Source: Dehalococcoidia bacterium (GTDB lineage Bacteria > Chloroflexota > Dehalococcoidia > Lucifugimonadales > G963665405). Taken from it: a DNA stretch of 64,000 nucleotides. Within the stretch, counting starts at the first letter, position 1, and each line of letters starts with the position of its first letter. Both the position numbers and the translations under genes were made by a program. The notes below the pieces were generated by a model. The model made no database searches, had not been told where the DNA came from, and saw nothing but the letters and a program-made list of their open reading frames with translations. Positions 36,969 through 45,937 of the stretch are shown here, one piece after another. The stretch covers positions 292,809-356,808 of the forward strand of contig CAXXUH010000003.1 of the NCBI GenBank assembly GCA_963665405.2. The letters run 5' to 3'.

Positions 36969-37123
36969 TGCCAAGGCCCCCCGGTGATTGAGTTGCGTGA
37001 AGGATGCAAGATCACGCACACGCAGCACCACATGGCCCAACTTCTTGATGTTCACAACCACCTCCTTCGTTGTCTCAGATTACATCTAGAATCAGCAGGG
37101 GTCCTTCGCTTCGGCACTTATAC

Positions 37124-38227
37124 CTAATCTCCAGGCACCTCCTTTTTAGTTCGTGCGTCCCAAGGCTTTGATACAGATCTCACGATCTTATAGATCCGCT
37201 CGAAGCGTTGTATCGTACGCGGGTTCCACGACACTGTCGCCTTGATCAGCTTCCCATCAGGACTGTGCTCTGGCCACACCGTGTATCTGCCGAGTGCCTT
37301 GACACTGAGGATCAATCGGTTCTCGTGATGCAATTTGCCGCGGTCCAATCCTGACGCGCACGCGATCCGGACCTTGATGCGGTTGGACTTTTGCCGATCG
37401 AGAACCGGGCGCAGAGCACGTAATTCCGCAACATCATCGTACACGAAAATCCGCTCGACCTTTACCCCCTTCTTGGCGGTGTCGAAATTGATGTCCGAGT
37501 ATTGGACGCCTAGCAGAGCGTCCTTCCAGTCCGCAAGCTCATCGTAACTCACAGCGTGTATCCAGTCTCCGGCTGAAGTGTTTCCATACAGGTGCCCCAT
37601 GACGAGGTCGTGGTCATTCTCCCCATACTCGAGCTCGTCTGCCGAAACCAGCCTCCGAACCTGCCCCAAGCATTCTTCAAGCTTGTACTCAGCCCAGATG
37701 CGCTGTAGGCCTAAGGACTCTCTCACAGCATCTCGAAATAGCGAACAGAACTCAGGAAGACTCCCGACATGAAGCGGACCAAGCTCATCGATCCTTCCCA
37801 TTACTTGAGTGCACGCTGGGCTTACGGCCGCTTCAAAGTTCTTGTCCGCACGGCTACCATCGTAGCTCGCCATCGTCACGCCGAACAGATCCGTCGGAAT
37901 CTTCAGGCTCTGGGACCGATCCTCCAGGATGAATGTGCGTTCGCGACCTAGCAGACCCGTGAAGAGCCCCAGCTCGAAAAGGACATTGTCCCGAGGACCC
38001 AGTACCGTCTGGCCCCGGCTCTGAACAAGGTCGTCTGCAGTGAGCGCAAGCACGGCGAAGTCGAACTGACGAGCAGTCTCGACAAGGGATTCCAAGTAGC
38101 CTCTCGATAGTTCGAAAACCAAGGTCCACAGGGTCACATCAGCTGCGTATTGTAGGTTAGACTCGATCGCCCGAGCCACGTCCAGCCTTTCTTTCGTGGA
38201 TCCTATGAACACGCTCGGCCTAGTCAT
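37124..38227 (-). CDS. TIR-like (CAP12/Pycsar-effector-type, PF10137-like) domain protein with an unassigned about 230-aa C-terminal domain (island gene 1)
   Basis: N-terminal pattern VFIGSTKE...DFAVLALTADD...RDNVLFELGLFTGLLGRERTFIL...KIPTDLFGV. Start moved to ATG 38227 (ATG 38254 is also possible). The C-terminal domain has no family I can name. Confidence 0.75.
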   Translation of the reverse strand: MTRPSVFIGSTKERLDVARAIESNLQYAADVTLWTLVFELSRGYLESLVETARQFDFAVLALTADDLVQSRGQTVLGPRDNVLFELGLFTGLLGRERTFILEDRSQSLKIPTDLFGVTMASYDGSRADKNFEAAVSPACTQVMGRIDELGPLHVGSLPEFCSLFRDAVRESLGLQRIWAEYKLEECLGQVRRLVSADELEYGENDHDLVMGHLYGNTSAGDWIHAVSYDELADWKDALLGVQYSDINFDTAKKGVKVERIFVYDDVAELRALRPVLDRQKSNRIKVRIACASGLDRGKLHHENRLILSVKALGRYTVWPEHSPDGKLIKATVSWNPRTIQRFERIYKIVRSVSKPWDARTKKEVPGD

Positions 38228-38544
38228 ATTCGACCTGCCGTCACTTCCTCTCATGACTAGCATCAGGTCCCACACTGGGCGGTAGACGGCCATTGTAGCA
38301 ATACTATCAGGCCCGGATGTCGTACATAGTCCTCGAACGCTCCCCAAGGCGGTATGGGTAGTGCCGTGAGGTGAAAGGATCTTCCGGTAGGCACCGCCCT
38401 GGGCACTTTGGCGCCTGCAGGGAGATTGCCGCATCTTCAGGCATCGCTCTTGCGAACGTCAGGATCCTTACTGCGACCGGTCTGGACTTTTCCGTCCGGG
38501 ACAGAGAGAATTCGTCCTGTCCAGAAAGAGTTGGAGGTGCGGAG

Positions 38545-39768
38545 ATGGCTCAACGTTACGACCTTGTGCTGAAGGGCGGGGAGGTCCTCGACCCGAGCCA
38601 GGGGCTCAGGGGCGTCCAGGACGTCGCCTTCCGTGATGGCAAGGTGGCTGAGATCGTACCTGGAAGCGCCGTGGACGGCGCCCGGCAGGTTATCGACGTC
38701 TCGGGCAAGCTGGTGACGCCGGGACTGATTGACGTTCACGGCCACTACTACAACCACGTGGTGCCCTTCGCCACGGCGGCCGACGAGGTCTGCCTGCCCA
38801 ACGGCGTGACGACGACAGTCGACGCCGGAAGCTCCGGGTGGACCCACTTCGACGGGTTCAGGGAGTATATCCTCACCAGGGAGAAGACCCGTCTGATGGC
38901 GCTGGTCAACCTGTCGGCGCTCGGCATGCTCGACCCTCACCGCGACGGCGGCTTCGGGCCTACGACGATGACGATTAGCGGTGGCCCCAAGACGATGTTC
39001 CCGGACAATGCCGCCGGCGAGCTGATGGACCTCCGGTTCGCGCAGGTCGAAGAGACCATACGGTGCATCAAGGACAACCCCAACGTCGCCATCGGCGTCA
39101 AGATTCGGCTGGACGTCAGCATCAGCGGCGAGGCCAACAGCATCCCCGCTCTGGAGCGCGCGAGACAGGTGGCGGACGCCACCGGCACGTTCATAATGGT
39201 CCACGTCGCGCGAGTCCCCATACCCATGGCCAGGGTCTTCGAATACCTCCGGCCCGGCGACATCGTCACCCACATCTTCCACAGCGCCGAGAACAGCATC
39301 CTCGACGCCACGGGGAACGTAAGGACCGAGGTTCTCGAGGCGAAGTCCAAGGGCATCGTGATGGACATCGGCGCCATCCGGGGCAACTTCGGCCTCAACG
39401 TCTCGCAGGCGGCCATCGGGCAGCGTATGCTTCCGGACACCATCAGCACCGACTTGAGCATCCACAAGCACAAGCCCGGCCCCCCGCCGTACGTCCTGCC
39501 CGACCTGATGTCCCTGTTCATGGGCATCGGAATGTCGCTCGAAGAGGTGGTAACGGCGGTCACGGAGACGCCGGCCAAGGCCATCGGCGAGGCCGGCACG
39601 CTCGGAACCCTCCGAGCGGGAGCCGTCGGAGACGCCGCGGTGCTCGAGCTGGTGTCGGGAGACTTCACCTACGACGACGGCGAGGGCGTCGAGGTCACGA
39701 CCAAACAGCGCATCGCGCCGGTCATGACGATCAAGGACGGCAAGGTCTGGAAGCCGGACCCGGCGTGA
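38545..39768 (+). CDS. Amidohydrolase-superfamily metallohydrolase (deacetylase/dihydroorotase-like)
   Basis: MAQRYDLVLKGGEVLDPSQG...LIDVHGHYY pattern. ATG 38545 has GGAGGTGCGGAG upstream. Confidence 0.8.
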   Translation: MAQRYDLVLKGGEVLDPSQGLRGVQDVAFRDGKVAEIVPGSAVDGARQVIDVSGKLVTPGLIDVHGHYYNHVVPFATAADEVCLPNGVTTTVDAGSSGWTHFDGFREYILTREKTRLMALVNLSALGMLDPHRDGGFGPTTMTISGGPKTMFPDNAAGELMDLRFAQVEETIRCIKDNPNVAIGVKIRLDVSISGEANSIPALERARQVADATGTFIMVHVARVPIPMARVFEYLRPGDIVTHIFHSAENSILDATGNVRTEVLEAKSKGIVMDIGAIRGNFGLNVSQAAIGQRMLPDTISTDLSIHKHKPGPPPYVLPDLMSLFMGIGMSLEEVVTAVTETPAKAIGEAGTLGTLRAGAVGDAAVLELVSGDFTYDDGEGVEVTTKQRIAPVMTIKDGKVWKPDPA

Positions 39769-39770
39769 CC

Positions 39771-40083
39771 CAGGGTCTTTTCTAAGTCCGATGCTTGGCC
39801 ATCCAGCGCGCGGTACAGGTCCGACTTTCCTCAGCGTAGGGGGGTGCAGGGCGTGTACCGGGCCCGGCCGGGGGTTCCGAAGGGGGCCCTGCCCCCTTCG
39901 CGGGGTTTGGAGGCTGTCCTGAGCTTGTCGAAGGGGTGCCCCGAATCTCTGACGGCGTGGCCCCTTGCAAACCAGCCTTCCTGGTCTTCATAGCTGCCGG
40001 TCTTACCGGCCGGGTGGGTGGGAATAACAAGGGCACCCCAACGGGGCGCTACAGGAGAGTAGGGGAAATATGAAAAGACCCGG
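39771..40083 (+). mobile_element. MITE copy M3 (full length)
   Basis: TIRs CAGGGTCTTTTC / GAAAAGACCCGG. Flanking direct repeat GGCGTGACC(C), whose left copy contains the amidohydrolase stop codon. Confidence 0.7.
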
Positions 40084-40179
40084 GCGTGACCCCGTCCGCC
40101 AGCCTCTCAACGCATCAAACTACGCATCAGTTAGTGCACACATATGCGTATCAGAGAGACCCAACAGGAGGAGTCATCG

Positions 40180-41799
40180 ATGACGGACGGAGTGTCGTAC
40201 CACAGCCTCAACCCGATCTCCTTTCTGGAGCGGAGCGCCTTCGTCTACCCGGAAAAGCCCGCCGTGGTGTACGGGGACCGGACCTACACCTACGCCCAGT
40301 TCTACGACCGGGTGAACCGCCTCGCCGGCGCGCTCAGGCGGGCGGGCGTCCAAAAGGGCGACAGGGTGGCCTTCCTGGTCCCGAACATCCCGCCCATGCT
40401 CGAGGGGCACTACGGACCCCTCCGCATCGGAGCCGTCCTGGTTACGGTCAACATCCGGCTGTCCGCCCGGGAGATCGGCTACATCCTGAACCACTCGGGC
40501 GCCAAAGTCCTGGTGTTCGACTCGGAGATGGCCCCGGCGGTCCGGGCCCTGAGGGACGAGGTTCCCGGCGTGGAGACCTTCGTCCAGGTCGTCGATGCCG
40601 CACCCAGGGCAGAGGACATCCCCGGTCCCGACTACGAGTCGTTCCTCGCGTCGGCGCCACCGGGCGACCACCGTGCGGACCTGGACTCAGAGCTGGACAC
40701 GATAGCGATCAACTACACCTCCGGCACCACGGGGCTGCCCAAGGGGGTCGAGTACCACTCGCGGGGCGCTTACCTGAACGCCCTGGGCGAGTCGATCGAG
40801 TCCGGCATAAGCTGGCGGAGCGTCTACCTGTGGACCCTGCCGATGTTCCATTGCAACGGCTGGTGCTACACCTGGGGCGTGACCGCGATGGGAGCCACCC
40901 ACGTCTGCCTGCGGCGCGTCGAGCCCGGGGAGGTCTACTGCCTGATCGAGCAGGAGGGTGTGACGCACATGTGCTGCGCCCCGACCATCCTGACGGCCCT
41001 GCACTCGTCTCCCGACGCCGCGGAGCGGGACCTCTCCGGCCTGACGATCATGACCGCCGGGGCCCCTCCCGCGCCTCAGGTGATCCGGACGATGGAGAGC
41101 ATGGGCGCCTACGTCCACCACGCCTACGGCCTGACCGAGACCTACGGGCCCCACACGATCTGCGCCATCCAGCCGGGCTGGGACGAGCTGCCGGCCGACG
41201 AGCGCGCACGTCTGAAGGCTCGCCAGGGCGTCTCGTTCATCATCGCCGAGCCGGGACTCAGGGTGGTCGACGAGAGCATGCGGGACGTCCCACGCGACGG
41301 CGAGACGATGGGCGAGGTCGTTATGCGTGGCAACAACGTCATGTCCGGCTACTTCGACGACCGGGAGGCGACCGAGAAGGCGTTCACCGGCGGCTGGTTT
41401 CACTCCGGCGACCTGGCCGTCTGGCACCCCGACGGCTACATCGAGCTGCGGGACCGCTCCAAGGACGTGATCATCTCAGGCGGCGAGAACGTCTCCAGCC
41501 AGCAGGTGGAGAAGGTGATAATGGAGCACCCCGGCGTGCTCGAGGTCTGCGTCGTCGGCGTCCCCGACGACAAGTGGGGCGAGGTCCCCAAGGCCTTCGT
41601 GGTCAGGGGCTCCGGCTCCGAGGTGAGTTCGGACGAGATCATCCAGTTCACCCGCGACCGGATCGCGCACTTCAAGGCCCCCAAGTACGTCGAGTTCGGA
41701 GAGCTTCCCAAGACCGCGACCGGGAAGATACAGAAGTACATCCTCCGCGACCGGGAGTGGCAGGGCCACGAGAGGCGAATCCAGGGCTCGACGGGCTAG
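40180..41799 (+). CDS. AMP-dependent acyl-CoA synthetase
   Basis: YTSGTTGLPKGV, YGLTET, GWFHSGD and PKTATGKIQK motifs. ATG 40180 has AGGAGG 8 nt upstream. Confidence 0.9.
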   Translation: MTDGVSYHSLNPISFLERSAFVYPEKPAVVYGDRTYTYAQFYDRVNRLAGALRRAGVQKGDRVAFLVPNIPPMLEGHYGPLRIGAVLVTVNIRLSAREIGYILNHSGAKVLVFDSEMAPAVRALRDEVPGVETFVQVVDAAPRAEDIPGPDYESFLASAPPGDHRADLDSELDTIAINYTSGTTGLPKGVEYHSRGAYLNALGESIESGISWRSVYLWTLPMFHCNGWCYTWGVTAMGATHVCLRRVEPGEVYCLIEQEGVTHMCCAPTILTALHSSPDAAERDLSGLTIMTAGAPPAPQVIRTMESMGAYVHHAYGLTETYGPHTICAIQPGWDELPADERARLKARQGVSFIIAEPGLRVVDESMRDVPRDGETMGEVVMRGNNVMSGYFDDREATEKAFTGGWFHSGDLAVWHPDGYIELRDRSKDVIISGGENVSSQQVEKVIMEHPGVLEVCVVGVPDDKWGEVPKAFVVRGSGSEVSSDEIIQFTRDRIAHFKAPKYVEFGELPKTATGKIQKYILRDREWQGHERRIQGSTG

Positions 41800-41805
41800 G
41801 AGGCA

Positions 41806-41890
41806 CAGGGGCAGTACAGAGGGGCGAAGACCCTTTGCCGGGAGTCTGAGGGTGTCCCTCAGATACTAGTTTTCTCTCTTTTCAAAGAGG
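41806..41890. repeat. Stacked-hairpin repeat copy between convergent genes
   Basis: CAGAGGGGCGAAGACCCTTTGCCGGGAGTCTGAGGGTGTCCCTCAGATAC followed by a CTCTTTTCAAAGAG hairpin. Confidence 0.8.
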
Positions 41891-42664
41891 TCAGCTAACC
41901 CACTTCGCGTCCCGCTTCTCCAGAAACGCCCCGATGCCCTCGCTCGCGTTCGGCGACATCAGGTTGCCCACCATGACCCTCTCGGCGAACCTGTACGCCT
42001 CCGGCCGGTCCATCGTGAGCTGCTTGTAAAAGGCCGCCTTGCCGAGCGCCATCACCGACGGGCTGTACGAAGCCACCCGGCGGGCCAGCGACATCGTCTC
42101 CTCCTCCAGATCGTCGACGGGAACGACCCTGTTGACGAGTCCGGAGGCCAGCGCGTCCCGGGCCGAGATCGGCGTCCCGGTCAGAAGCATCTCCATCGCC
42201 TTCTTGGGCGGGACCGCCCGCGCCAGCGCGACGCCCGGTGTCGTGCAGAAGAGCCCGATCTGGACCCCAGGGGTGGCGAAAGACGCCTCCTCCGATGCGA
42301 TGACCATGTCGCAGGTGGCGACGAGCTGGCAGCCGGCGGCGGTCGCCAGGCCCCGCACCTGGGCGATCACCGGCTGGGGCAGCAGCCGTATCGTCTCCAT
42401 GACCTCCGTGCAGAGGTCGAAGATCTCGGCGTACGCCTCGCGATCTCCCTCGATCAGCTCCGTCAGGTCGTGCCCGGAGCTGAAGGCCGGCCCCTCGGCC
42501 CGCAGGACAACCACGTGGACCCCTGCGTCGTCTCTCGCCTCATCCAGCCGAGCCTTGAGGGCGGACAGGACCTCGTGCGAGAGCGCGTTGCGCCGCCGCA
42601 GATTGTCGAGGGTGATGACCGAGATGTCGCCGATCCGCTGCCGCGGAACAAGCTCCTGTGTCAT
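41891..42664 (-). CDS. Enoyl-CoA hydratase/isomerase (crotonase family)
   Basis: 257 aa with crotonase pattern VVLRAEGPAFSSGHDL and GLATAAGCQL. Confidence 0.9.
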   Translation of the reverse strand: MTQELVPRQRIGDISVITLDNLRRRNALSHEVLSALKARLDEARDDAGVHVVVLRAEGPAFSSGHDLTELIEGDREAYAEIFDLCTEVMETIRLLPQPVIAQVRGLATAAGCQLVATCDMVIASEEASFATPGVQIGLFCTTPGVALARAVPPKKAMEMLLTGTPISARDALASGLVNRVVPVDDLEEETMSLARRVASYSPSVMALGKAAFYKQLTMDRPEAYRFAERVMVGNLMSPNASEGIGAFLEKRDAKWVS

Positions 42665-42844
42665 ATCCTGCCCCTTCGATAGGAAGAGCGCCGATCGCCC
42701 GTTTCGACCATTGTAGACAGGGGGAAACGTCCGGTCAACGCCGGGGTTCTTCAGTCCCTTCCCCTCGCAGGGGAAGGTTAGGAAGGGGTCGCGTCCAGCC
42801 AGGCCCCCAGGCCCTTTCCCGGAGTCCGCGAACCAGCTGACCCC

Positions 42845-44236
42845 TCAGAGCGCGGAACCGCTCCAGCCCCCCAGCGCCTTCTCAAGAAAACGAGCAACCG
42901 CCAGCGCCAGGTCCTCGCGCCATGGACGGGAAACCACCTGTATCCCGATCGGCAGGCCCTCCGGCGATGTGCCGCCTCGGATGGCGACGGCGGGCCATCC
43001 GGCGACGTTGTAGGCATGGGAGTAGCTGAAGCCGCCGGGGAAGTAGTCCATCGACCGGCCGTGGAGCGATGCCGGGTGGGCGCTCGCCGGGCCGAGGATC
43101 ACGTCGTGGTCCTCCATGAAAGACAGCATCTCGCTGCGATAAGCCTCCCACCGCACCACCGTCTCCAGGAACTGCGTGGTCGTCATCCGGTGCGGGGCCG
43201 CGAGCTCCAGACGCTTCTGGAGGAAAGGGTCCATCTCGTCGGTGCCGGCCGATTTGAGAATGCCTCGCGCGCTCTCGCCGCCGTCGGCGCCGTGGAGCTC
43301 CATGTGAAGCTGCGACGCCTGCTCGATGGCCCGTGGGCAACCCTCTTCGATCGACTTTACCGATCCTTCCAGGAGCGCGGCCGCGGATCGCACGGCGTCC
43401 ATCGTCTCCGGCGTCGGCGTGGCGACACCGTTGTCGGCGTGGAACGCCACCCGAACCTCCTTCAGGTCCACCTGGTCCGGGTCGCCGAGTGGGATCGGCA
43501 CCACCGTTGGATCGACCCAATCCATTCCGGCCAGAATCGGCAACGTGAGGACAAGGTCGTCGACAGACCGGGCCATCGGACCGATCTGCGTCACCGCGGC
43601 GAAAACGCCGCCGAACGGAGGCCAGTGGCCGGTCCTCGGCACACGCCCCGACGTTGGCTTGATCCCGGCGATACCACAGCAGTGGGCGGGCCACCGTATG
43701 CTCCCCCCTGCGTCGCTGCCCAGACCCAGCGGCGAGCCTCCCGCGGCGATGATGGCGGCCTCGCCCCCGCTGCTGCCACCGGGCGTGCGCTCCAGGTCCC
43801 ACGGGTTGTTGGTCCGCCCGTACACCAGGTTCGAGCACTCCAGGCCAAAGCTTATCTCTGGCACGTTCGTCTTGCCGATAAGGATCGCTCCTGCTCCCCT
43901 CAGTCTCGCCACGACCGGCGCATCGCGGTCCGGAACGAAGCTCGCACGGCCCTTGGTCCCGCCCGTCGAGATCACCCCTTCGACCTCCAGCGCGTCCTTT
44001 ACGGTGAACGGCACTCCGTGGAGCGGCCCGATTATCTCTCCCCTGGCGATGCCCGCGTCGGCGTTCCCCGCCGCCTTTCTGGCCGAGTCAGCCAATAGCT
44101 GCACGACGGCGTTGAGCCTGCCGTTCACCTCCTCGATCCGCTTCAGGTGCGCCTCGACGACCTCGAGCGAAGAAACCCGTTTGTCGCGGATCGCCCGAGC
44201 AAGCTCAGTTGCGGAAAGACCGGTGACCTCTGGCAT
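42845..44236 (-). CDS. Amidase (amidase-signature family)
   Basis: AS signature GGSSGGEAAIIAAGGSPLGLGSDAGGSIR and KTNVPE. Confidence 0.9.
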   Translation of the reverse strand: MPEVTGLSATELARAIRDKRVSSLEVVEAHLKRIEEVNGRLNAVVQLLADSARKAAGNADAGIARGEIIGPLHGVPFTVKDALEVEGVISTGGTKGRASFVPDRDAPVVARLRGAGAILIGKTNVPEISFGLECSNLVYGRTNNPWDLERTPGGSSGGEAAIIAAGGSPLGLGSDAGGSIRWPAHCCGIAGIKPTSGRVPRTGHWPPFGGVFAAVTQIGPMARSVDDLVLTLPILAGMDWVDPTVVPIPLGDPDQVDLKEVRVAFHADNGVATPTPETMDAVRSAAALLEGSVKSIEEGCPRAIEQASQLHMELHGADGGESARGILKSAGTDEMDPFLQKRLELAAPHRMTTTQFLETVVRWEAYRSEMLSFMEDHDVILGPASAHPASLHGRSMDYFPGGFSYSHAYNVAGWPAVAIRGGTSPEGLPIGIQVVSRPWREDLALAVARFLEKALGGWSGSAL

Positions 44237-44308
44237 TGACTGCTCCCTTCAGAGGCGATCCAACGCCTCCGTGGATTGGCGAGTCCGGCGAAATCAGTCT
44301 CTGGAAAA

Positions 44309-45496
44309 TTACCAGTTGGCGCGGTCGCTCTTCCACGGGTGCGCCCTGACGGCGTCCTCGTTGAGGTCGGTGCCCCAGCCGAGGCCGGTCGGGGTGGTCA
44401 TGTGGCCGTCCACGATCTCGGGCGGGTTTGTGACCAGATCGTCCTTCCACGGGACGTCGTCGATGTCGATCTCCATGATGCGCACGTTCGGCAGGACCGC
44501 GCAGAGGCTCGCTCCGATGAACGACCCCAGGTGGCTGTAGTAGTTGTGGGGCGCGACGTTCAGCTGGTACACCTCCGCCAGGTCGCCGATCTTCTTCGAC
44601 TGGGTGAAGCCGTTCCAGACCACGTCCACCATAAAGACGTCCGCGGCGTGCAGATCGAAGTAGGGAAGGTACTCCTTCATGTAGAACAGGTTCTCGCCGG
44701 TGCATATCTTGGTCGTCGTCGACTCCTTGATCTGCAGGATCGCTCCTGGATCGTACATGTCGATCTCGAGCCAGAGCAGGTCGAACTGCTCGAGCACCCT
44801 GGCGATCCGCATGGCGCTCTCCGGCTTGAAGTTGAAGTTCAGGTCCAGGTTGATGTCCACGTCCGGACCGACGGCCTCCCGGAACGTCCCGATAAGACTC
44901 TCGATGTGACGGAGCATCGCCCGGCTGACCACCTGATCCGTCGTGCCCGGTCCGCTTCCGAAGCCGCCGTGAACCCACCCAGCGGGCTCCCCCGGAATCA
45001 CAATGTTGGTCTTGAGGGCCGTGAACCCGCGGCGGACGACCTCCTTGCCAAGCGCCGATATGTCGTCCATCGTCCTTATCGGAGGCGTGCCGAGGACGTC
45101 CGGATGGATCGCCCTCGATGTTCCGCAGTGCGACCAGTACAGCCGGACACTGTCTCGCGTCGGACCCCCGAACAGCTCGACCACGGAGATGCCCAGAGCC
45201 TTGGCCTTGAGGTCGACCAGAGCACAGTCGAGCCCGGCGATGGCCTTGGCCGCGATGCCGCCCGGGCTTTGCCGCGTGGCCCGGATCATGTCCCAAAACC
45301 GCATCTCGAAGGCTCGCGGGTCCTGGCCGATCAGCAGCGGGGCAAGGTCCTGAATCGTCCCGATGACGCCGTGCGGAGACTTGCCGTCGCTGCACTCCCC
45401 ATAGCCGGTGACGCCCGCGTCCGTCTCGATCTTGACGAACGTCCATGGACGCCACCCCGCGTCCACGAGAAACGTCTCTATGCTCTCGATCTTCAA
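44309..45496 (-). CDS. Enolase-superfamily enzyme (mandelate racemase / acid-sugar dehydratase type)
   Basis: MKIESIETFLVDAGWRPWTFVKIETDAGVTGYGE N-terminal capping domain, plus a barrel with LWLEID and FMVDV motifs. Confidence 0.85.
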   Translation of the reverse strand: MKIESIETFLVDAGWRPWTFVKIETDAGVTGYGECSDGKSPHGVIGTIQDLAPLLIGQDPRAFEMRFWDMIRATRQSPGGIAAKAIAGLDCALVDLKAKALGISVVELFGGPTRDSVRLYWSHCGTSRAIHPDVLGTPPIRTMDDISALGKEVVRRGFTALKTNIVIPGEPAGWVHGGFGSGPGTTDQVVSRAMLRHIESLIGTFREAVGPDVDINLDLNFNFKPESAMRIARVLEQFDLLWLEIDMYDPGAILQIKESTTTKICTGENLFYMKEYLPYFDLHAADVFMVDVVWNGFTQSKKIGDLAEVYQLNVAPHNYYSHLGSFIGASLCAVLPNVRIMEIDIDDVPWKDDLVTNPPEIVDGHMTTPTGLGWGTDLNEDAVRAHPWKSDRANW

Positions 45497-45550
45497 GTTT
45501 CCAGATTCCTCTTTCCAGCTTCCCGTACCATCTGGGGCGCCCCCATACTA

Positions 45551-45895
45551 CCCCATCTTGGGGGGACGGCGGCCAATCGTCTGAGAGCCTGTCCTGAGCT
45601 AGTCGGACGGGTGTCCCTCGGAAGCATCGCCACCCCTTCTTAGACGGCTGCGGCGAACGGAGAGTCCGGGGGAAAAGACCCCTTGTCGGGAGTCCGAAAG
45701 CGTACTGGATGTCATTCCGAGCCGCAGCGAAGAATCTGGGGCTGGGCCGCCGCCCCAGACCCCTCGTCGTCCCGACGCGGATCCTCGTTCTGGGGGTTCT
45801 AAGGGAGCCTTGGCCCCATTCGCGGGGGCTTGGGGGACTCCCCCAAGAATAAGACCCCTCAGGGCGGGTGCGTGGGACATACGCGATCCGATTGG
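45551..45895. repeat. Degenerate stacked-hairpin / MITE-interior repeat cluster
   Basis: TCTGAGAGCCTGTCCTGAGCTAGTCGGACGGGTGTCCCTCGGA, GTCATTCCGAGCCGCAGCGAAGAATCTGG and a partial MITE interior (GGGCGGGTGCGTGGG). Confidence 0.7.
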
Positions 45896-45937
45896 TCCGA
45901 ACGGGCATCCCTCAAAAGTAGTTTCCCACTTCCTAAG

